Source: Alphaproteobacteria bacterium (GTDB lineage: Bacteria > Pseudomonadota > Alphaproteobacteria > JAREAF01). From it: DNA of 64,000 nt. Shown here one piece after another: positions 58,864 to 64,000 of this stretch; the first letter of the stretch is position 1, and the number at the start of each line of letters is the position of its first letter. Location: the NCBI GenBank assembly GCA_035620695.1, contig DASPGI010000199.1:979-64978 (forward strand). The letters run 5' to 3'. A program made the translations under genes and the position numbers. Under the pieces are notes generated by a model that ran no database searches, was not told where the DNA came from, and saw nothing but the letters and a program-made list of their open reading frames with translations.

Positions 58864-60162
58864 ATGATCCCGCGCTACAGCCGCCCCGAAATGGCCCGTA
58901 TTTGGGAGCCCGAGAACCGCTTTCGAATCTGGTTCGAGATCGAGGCGCATGCCTGCGACGCCATGGCCGAGTTGGGGCTGATCCCGAAGGAGGCAGCCAA
59001 GGCCCTGCGGGAGCGCGGGCGCTTCGAGGTGCCGCGCATCGACGAGATCGAGCGCGAGACCCGCCACGACGTCATCGCCTTCCTCACCAACCTCGCCGAG
59101 CATGTCGGGCCGGAGGCTCGCTTCATCCATCAAGGCATGACCTCCTCCGATGTGCTCGACACCTGCCTTGCCGTACAGCTCATGCAGGCGGCGGACCTGC
59201 TGATCGCGGATCTGGACGGGCTGCTCGCGGCACTGAAGCGCCGGGCCTTCGAGCACAAGCTCACCGTCTGCATCGGCCGCAGCCACGGGGTCCATGCCGA
59301 GCCGACCACCTTCGGATTGAAGCTTGCCGGGCACTATGCCGAGTTCGCGCGCAACCGCGGGCGCCTTCAGCAAGCGCGGCGCGAGATCGCGACCTGCGCC
59401 ATCTCCGGCGCGGTCGGCACCTTCGCCAATATCGATCCCCGGGTCGAGGCGCATGTCGCGGCGAAGCTCGGGCTCGAGGTCGAACCGGTTTCGACCCAGG
59501 TAATCCCACGCGATCGCCACGCCGCCTATTTCTCGGCGCTTGCCGTCCTCGCCAGCGGGATCGAACGTCTTGCGACCGAAATTCGCCATTTGCAACGCAC
59601 CGAGCTGCGCGAGGTGGAGGAATTCTTTGCGCCGGGGCAGAAGGGCTCCTCGGCGATGCCGCACAAGCGCAATCCTGTGCTTTCCGAGAATCTGACCGGG
59701 CTTGCCCGGCTGGTGCGCGCCACCGTGATCCCCGCCCTGGAGAATGTCGTGTTGTGGCACGAGCGGGACATCTCGCATTCCTCGGTCGAACGGGTGAACG
59801 CGCCCGACTCCACGATAGCGCTTGATTTCGCGCTTACCCGGCTGACGCAGATTGTGGAGACGCTCGTCGTCTATCCCGAGGCGATGAAGCGCAATCTCGA
59901 CCGGCTCGGCGGGCTCGTGCATTCTCAGCGCGTGCTCCTGGCGCTGACTCAAGCAGGCATGAGCCGTGAGGACGCCTATTCGACGGTGCAGCGGAAAGCA
60001 ATGCGGATCTGGGGCGAGGGCGGCGATTTCCAGGCGTTGCTGGCTGCCGATCCGGAGGTCGCGCGCATCCTCACGCCGGAGGCGCTGGTAGCCCTATTCG
60101 ACCTCGGCTATCACACCAAACATGTCGATACCATTTTCCAGCGCGTGTTCGGTCAGAGCTGA
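58864..60162 (+). CDS. purB: Adenylosuccinate lyase
   Basis: 'MIPRYSRPEMARIW…' and the fumarate-lyase signature '…GSSAMPHKRNP…'. Confidence 0.85.
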   Translation: MIPRYSRPEMARIWEPENRFRIWFEIEAHACDAMAELGLIPKEAAKALRERGRFEVPRIDEIERETRHDVIAFLTNLAEHVGPEARFIHQGMTSSDVLDTCLAVQLMQAADLLIADLDGLLAALKRRAFEHKLTVCIGRSHGVHAEPTTFGLKLAGHYAEFARNRGRLQQARREIATCAISGAVGTFANIDPRVEAHVAAKLGLEVEPVSTQVIPRDRHAAYFSALAVLASGIERLATEIRHLQRTELREVEEFFAPGQKGSSAMPHKRNPVLSENLTGLARLVRATVIPALENVVLWHERDISHSSVERVNAPDSTIALDFALTRLTQIVETLVVYPEAMKRNLDRLGGLVHSQRVLLALTQAGMSREDAYSTVQRKAMRIWGEGGDFQALLAADPEVARILTPEALVALFDLGYHTKHVDTIFQRVFGQS

Positions 60163-61976
60163 CGTCGCCGGCTCGGAAGGCTCGAGCGCAGCCGCTCGAT
60201 GAGGCCCGCGAGCCTCTCGCGGATCCGGCGCGGATCGATCTGGTGTGCGCGCCGCTCCTCCGGCTCCAACTCGATGCCGACAGTGCGGATCGTCCCATCC
60301 TCAACTTCCTGCACCACCAGTTCGACATCTCCGAACGACAGGCGGTCGCCGACGATCGGCTCCTTCCCGAGCTTTTCGGCGAGGAATTCAGCGAGAGACG
60401 ACTGCGGGGCGCCCTCCGGCACCGGCAGCCCGTAGAGCGATGCCAGCGCCTTGACCGGCGCAGAGCCTTCGAGAGTGAATTCGCCGAAGACGGCGCCCGC
60501 TTCCTCCGCCGGACGCTCGCGGATCCCGAAGATGCGGTCCAACGCATCCTGCCCCGCCGCCGGGCCGAGCACCAGGACGGTGTCCCCAGGCTCCAGGCGC
60601 TCAAGCTCGGGGGCATGCAAGGCACGCCCGTTGCGGATCGCCATCAGGATGCGCGCGTCGGCCGGCAGCGGCAGACGCGTAAGCGCGCGACGGGTGGCCA
60701 GCGCCTCGCCGGCTACGTCATAGGCCGCGATGACGAGCTCGGCTCCGGATCCCGGCAGCCCAAGCTCCTGCCGCAACGGCCGCTCGGGCTTCGGCGGCAA
60801 CTCGAGACCGAGCATGCGCGCCGACCAGGCCACGCTCCAGCCTTGCAGAACGAGGCTGGTCAGCACGGCGACGAATGCGAGATTGAGGTAGGCGGTGGCG
60901 TTCGGGACACCGGCCAGGATGGGAATGGTGGCGAGATAGATGGGCACCGCGCCGCGCAAGCCAACCCAGCCGATGAAGGTGATCTCCTGCCAAGTGAAAC
61001 GGAAAGGCAGAAGGCAGATCGCCACGGCAAAAGGACGCGCCATGAACATAAGCACCAAGGACAGAGCCAGGGCCGCGTCCAGGCCGCGCAGCAGCGAATG
61101 CGGCGCGACCAGCAGCCCGAGCATGAGGAAAAGCGTGATCTGCGCCAGCCAGGCCATCCCATCGTGAAACCGGTCGATCGACACGGTCTCGCGGTGGCGG
61201 CTATTACCGAGAACCACTCCCGCCACATATACGGCGAGGAATCCACTCGCGCCTACAGCGAGCGCGCCGCCGAAAATCACCAGCGCCAGCGAGAGAGCAA
61301 GGATCGGATAAAGGCCGGCGGCGAGGCTGATGCGATTGATCAGCCGCGTCAGCAAATAGCCGCCCGCCACGCCGATGATCGCGCCGCCGCCCATCTGCAG
61401 CACCAGCCGCAGCACAACCTCGCCGATGCCGGGCCCTTCGGCGGCGATGAGATACTCGGTGAAGAGCACGGTGAGAAAGATCGCGATCGGATCGTTCAGC
61501 CCCGATTCCGCCTCAAGGGTCGCGGCGGTGCGCCGCTGCACGTCCATTCCCTTCAAGCGCAACAGAGCAAAGACCGCCGCGGCGTCGGTCGAGGCCACGA
61601 TGGAGCCGATCAGGAGCGCGGCCGGCCAGGAGACATCAAGCAGAAGAGCGGCGACAAGACCAACCAATAGCGCTGTGATCACCACCCCGGCCGAGGCCAG
61701 GACCGTGGCAGGGCCAAGCGCCAGTCTGAGCGTGTCGCGGCTGGTCCTGAGACCGCCATCGAACAGGATTACAGCCAGCGCCAGGCTGCCGATCACGAAG
61801 GCGGCTCCATAGTCGGAGAACAGGATTCCCCCAGGGCCGTCCTCTCCGGCAAGCATGCCGATGGCCAGGAACACCAGCAGCAGCGGCGCTCCGAACCTCG
61901 TCGAGAGTTGTCCCAGAAGGATGCTGAACGCCACCAGCGCCGCGCCCGCCAGGATCAGCTGATGGCTGGCTTCCAT
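60153..61976 (-). CDS. K+/H+ antiporter, NhaP2/CvrA type (CPA1) with C-terminal regulatory domain
   Basis: Twelve or more TM helices plus a C-terminal TrkA_C-like domain, 607 aa. Its 3' end overlaps the purB 3' end convergently. Confidence 0.75.
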   Translation of the reverse strand: MEASHQLILAGAALVAFSILLGQLSTRFGAPLLLVFLAIGMLAGEDGPGGILFSDYGAAFVIGSLALAVILFDGGLRTSRDTLRLALGPATVLASAGVVITALLVGLVAALLLDVSWPAALLIGSIVASTDAAAVFALLRLKGMDVQRRTAATLEAESGLNDPIAIFLTVLFTEYLIAAEGPGIGEVVLRLVLQMGGGAIIGVAGGYLLTRLINRISLAAGLYPILALSLALVIFGGALAVGASGFLAVYVAGVVLGNSRHRETVSIDRFHDGMAWLAQITLFLMLGLLVAPHSLLRGLDAALALSLVLMFMARPFAVAICLLPFRFTWQEITFIGWVGLRGAVPIYLATIPILAGVPNATAYLNLAFVAVLTSLVLQGWSVAWSARMLGLELPPKPERPLRQELGLPGSGAELVIAAYDVAGEALATRRALTRLPLPADARILMAIRNGRALHAPELERLEPGDTVLVLGPAAGQDALDRIFGIRERPAEEAGAVFGEFTLEGSAPVKALASLYGLPVPEGAPQSSLAEFLAEKLGKEPIVGDRLSFGDVELVVQEVEDGTIRTVGIELEPEERRAHQIDPRRIRERLAGLIERLRSSLPSRRRQL

Positions 61977-62045
61977 GCCTGGAGCGTCCCCTTTTCCGCC
62001 GTTCAGCGCCCATTGTGAGCGAGAGCGGGGAAGTGCGCAAAGGGA

Positions 62046-63461
62046 TCAGACGATCAGAAGCCGCCAGACCAGCCCGAACAACGCAGCACCCGCCAGCACC
62101 GGCAGCATGCCGATTCTTACCCGCAGAAGCGCTACGAGCGCGACCAGCGCCAGGACCAAGGCGACAGGGTCGAGGCTGGTCGGTTCAGGAAGGAGCAATC
62201 GCAGTCCGGCTGCATGGACCTCACGGATATCCGCGAACAGCACGTGTAAGGCGAACCAGACGGCGAGGTTCAAGATCACGCCCACCACCGCGGCGGTGAT
62301 GGCGGCAAGGGCCGCGGCAAGGCCGGCGCGTCCGCGCAACGCCTCCACATAGGGCGCTCCGGCGAAGATCCACAAGAAACACGGGACGAAGGTCACCCAC
62401 ACCGTCAGCGTGGCGCCAAGCATGCCCGCGGCCATTGGCGAGATCATGCCGGCTTCGCGATAAGCTGCGAGGAACCCGACGAACTCCAGGACGAGGATCA
62501 AGGGTCCGGGTGTCGTCTCGGCAAGGCCCAGCCCGTCCAGCATCTCGCCGGGTCCCAGCCAGCCATAGGTTTCGACCGCCTGCTGCGCCACATAGGCCAG
62601 CACCGCATAGGCGCCCCCGAAGGTCACCACCGCCATTTTCGAGAAGAAGAGACCGATCTGCGCGAAGACCGAGCCGTCCCCAAGTACAACCCACAGCAAT
62701 ATCACGGGCGCGAGCCACAAGGCGCCGAAGCCGAGCGTGACCATGATCAGACGAACCGGGTCGGGCCGGATATGCGTGGCAAGCCCCGCCTCGATCATGG
62801 CGTCGACGACCGCCGGGGAGCCTTGCTCGCTGCTCTTCCCGTTTCTCTGTCCAGCGAAGGCGCCAGGCGCGATCCGGGTGAGGATCGGCCCCAGCAGGGC
62901 GGCGCCAAGGATGATCAGCGGAAACGGCACTTCCAGGAAGAAGATGGCGATGAAAGCCAGGACCGCGAGAGCGAGCGCCAGGGGGTGGGTCAGGGCGCGC
63001 TTGCCGATGCGGATCAGCGCCTCGATGACGACCGCCAGTACCGCCGCCTTGACGCCGTAGAATGCCGCCGCCACCGCCGGCGCTTCGCGATAGCCTGCAT
63101 AGAGCGCGCTCAAGGCCAGAATCACGAAGAAACCGGGCAGCACGAAAAAGATGCCGGCAACGAGGCCGCCCCGCAACCGGTGCAGAAGCCAGCCGACATA
63201 GGTCGCCAACTGCATCGCCTCTGGCCCGGGCAGCAGCATGCAATAGTTCAGCGCGTGCAGGAACCGCGCCTCGCCGATCCAGCGCCGCTCCTCGACCAGG
63301 ATGCGATGCATGAGCGCGATCTGACCGGCCGGTCCCCCGAATCCCAACAGACCGATCTTCAGCCACACCCACGCAGCTTCGGCGAAGGCGACCGGATGAG
63401 GCGCGGCCATAGGCCCACCCGCCGCCACGGGTGCGTCAGCCTTCATGTTGCGGGCGGCCAA
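62046..63461 (-). CDS. chrA: Chromate transporter ChrA (full-length, duplicated CHR domains)
   Basis: '…FGGPAGQIALMHR…' is present in both halves. 471 aa. Confidence 0.8.
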   Translation of the reverse strand: MAARNMKADAPVAAGGPMAAPHPVAFAEAAWVWLKIGLLGFGGPAGQIALMHRILVEERRWIGEARFLHALNYCMLLPGPEAMQLATYVGWLLHRLRGGLVAGIFFVLPGFFVILALSALYAGYREAPAVAAAFYGVKAAVLAVVIEALIRIGKRALTHPLALALAVLAFIAIFFLEVPFPLIILGAALLGPILTRIAPGAFAGQRNGKSSEQGSPAVVDAMIEAGLATHIRPDPVRLIMVTLGFGALWLAPVILLWVVLGDGSVFAQIGLFFSKMAVVTFGGAYAVLAYVAQQAVETYGWLGPGEMLDGLGLAETTPGPLILVLEFVGFLAAYREAGMISPMAAGMLGATLTVWVTFVPCFLWIFAGAPYVEALRGRAGLAAALAAITAAVVGVILNLAVWFALHVLFADIREVHAAGLRLLLPEPTSLDPVALVLALVALVALLRVRIGMLPVLAGAALFGLVWRLLIV

Positions 63462-63895
63462 CCATGGGTCTCCGCAGTCAGACTACGACACCAGGCATAG
63501 AGGGCGTCGTAGAGAACCATCCCATGCGCAAGCATCTCGTGATCGTCGGGATAGCAGTGCGAAAGCCCGAGCGACACTGCGAGAAGACCGTGCGATTGCG
63601 GCGTCAGGTCAAGGCGACCGGTATCGGCGCCACGCACGATGATCGCCAACTGCCGCAGCGCCGGGTCATCGAGCTCGTAGCGGTCAAGGAAGGCATCGAA
63701 GCTGCAGCGCTCCCCGACATGGGACAGCTCGGCTCCGGGTATGTCGTAGGGGATCGCCTCGTTCTCCTTGGCCATGGCGAAAACTCGGTCCGGGGGAACG
63801 AACAGGAACTCCGGCTCCCGGTCGATGAACCGCGCGACCAGCCACGGACAGGCGATACGGTCGATTTTCGGCCGCTCTCGCGTAATCCATTTCAT
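63443..63895 (-). CDS. Chromate-resistance ChrB-domain protein (short form)
   Basis: MKWITRERPKIDRIACPWLVARFID… resembles the ChrB C-terminal domain. Overlaps the chrA start by 19 nt. Confidence 0.45.
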   Translation of the reverse strand: MKWITRERPKIDRIACPWLVARFIDREPEFLFVPPDRVFAMAKENEAIPYDIPGAELSHVGERCSFDAFLDRYELDDPALRQLAIIVRGADTGRLDLTPQSHGLLAVSLGLSHCYPDDHEMLAHGMVLYDALYAWCRSLTAETHGWPPAT

Positions 63896-64000
63896 GGCCG
63901 CTTCCCCCGCTCCTCGAGCCGCAAGCCGGCGGCACGCCATGCACGGAAGCCTCCCTCCATCTGACGCACTTCGCGGCCTTGCGCGCGTAACCGCTCCACC
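63892..64000 (-). CDS. Rhodanese-like domain protein, 3' end only (5' end outside the window)
   Basis: The minus-strand frame gives '…VRQMEGGFRAWRAAGLRLEERGKRP*', which is rhodanese C-terminus-like. Its stop is coupled (ATGA) to the ChrB-domain gene. Confidence 0.3.
   Translation of the reverse strand, partial: VERLRAQGREVRQMEGGFRAWRAAGLRLEERGKRP

Noticed and set aside
58852-59952. 366-aa minus-strand ORF antisense to purB
   Set aside because: purB identity on the plus strand is unambiguous. The antisense frame is a compositional artefact.
60243-61670. 475-aa plus-strand ORF antisense to the NhaP-type antiporter
   Set aside because: Arg/Gln/Glu-rich low-complexity translation. The minus-strand membrane protein is clearly genuine.
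62221-63372. 383-aa alternate-frame ORF within chrA
   Set aside because: Same strand but different frame from chrA; Arg/Gly/Ala-rich translation. chrA motifs are in the other frame.
1-64000. CRISPR arrays, integrases, transposases, phage genes, restriction-modification or other recognisable defence systems
   Set aside because: No regularly spaced direct repeats were seen. No ORF has integrase, transposase, phage structural or nuclease-helicase defence signatures, including the flank of tRNA-Leu.

Overview
High-GC (~65%) window that reads like alphaproteobacterial (Hyphomicrobiales-type) chromosome. It is densely coding with mostly metabolic and housekeeping genes. Recognised housekeeping genes include the dinB 3' end, cspA, map, radC, purB, a pirin, a tRNA-Leu(UAA), an NhaP-type antiporter and chrA. 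There are two separate amide-catabolism loci. (i) A two-gene operon resembling N,N-dimethylformamidase small and large subunits is transcribed divergently from an M24 peptidase and a Liv/urea-amide-type ABC transporter (about 18.8-27.7 kb). (ii) An acetamidase/formamidase-family gene sits inside a Dpp/Opp-type ABC transporter operon (34.7-41.0 kb). Other content includes two PAS/hybrid histidine kinases, a class III adenylate cyclase with TPR repeats, a proline-racemase/DapA-family pair suggesting hydroxyproline catabolism, and several secreted proteins of unknown function. The region flanking tRNA-Leu carries gene remnants, and a PCu(A)C copper-chaperone gene is frameshifted in a CCC run. I found no CRISPR array, integrase, transposase or recognisable defence system. 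The most novel-looking items are listed as findings with moderate interest. The ORF track contains many long antisense or alternate-frame ORFs typical of high-GC DNA; these were not called.
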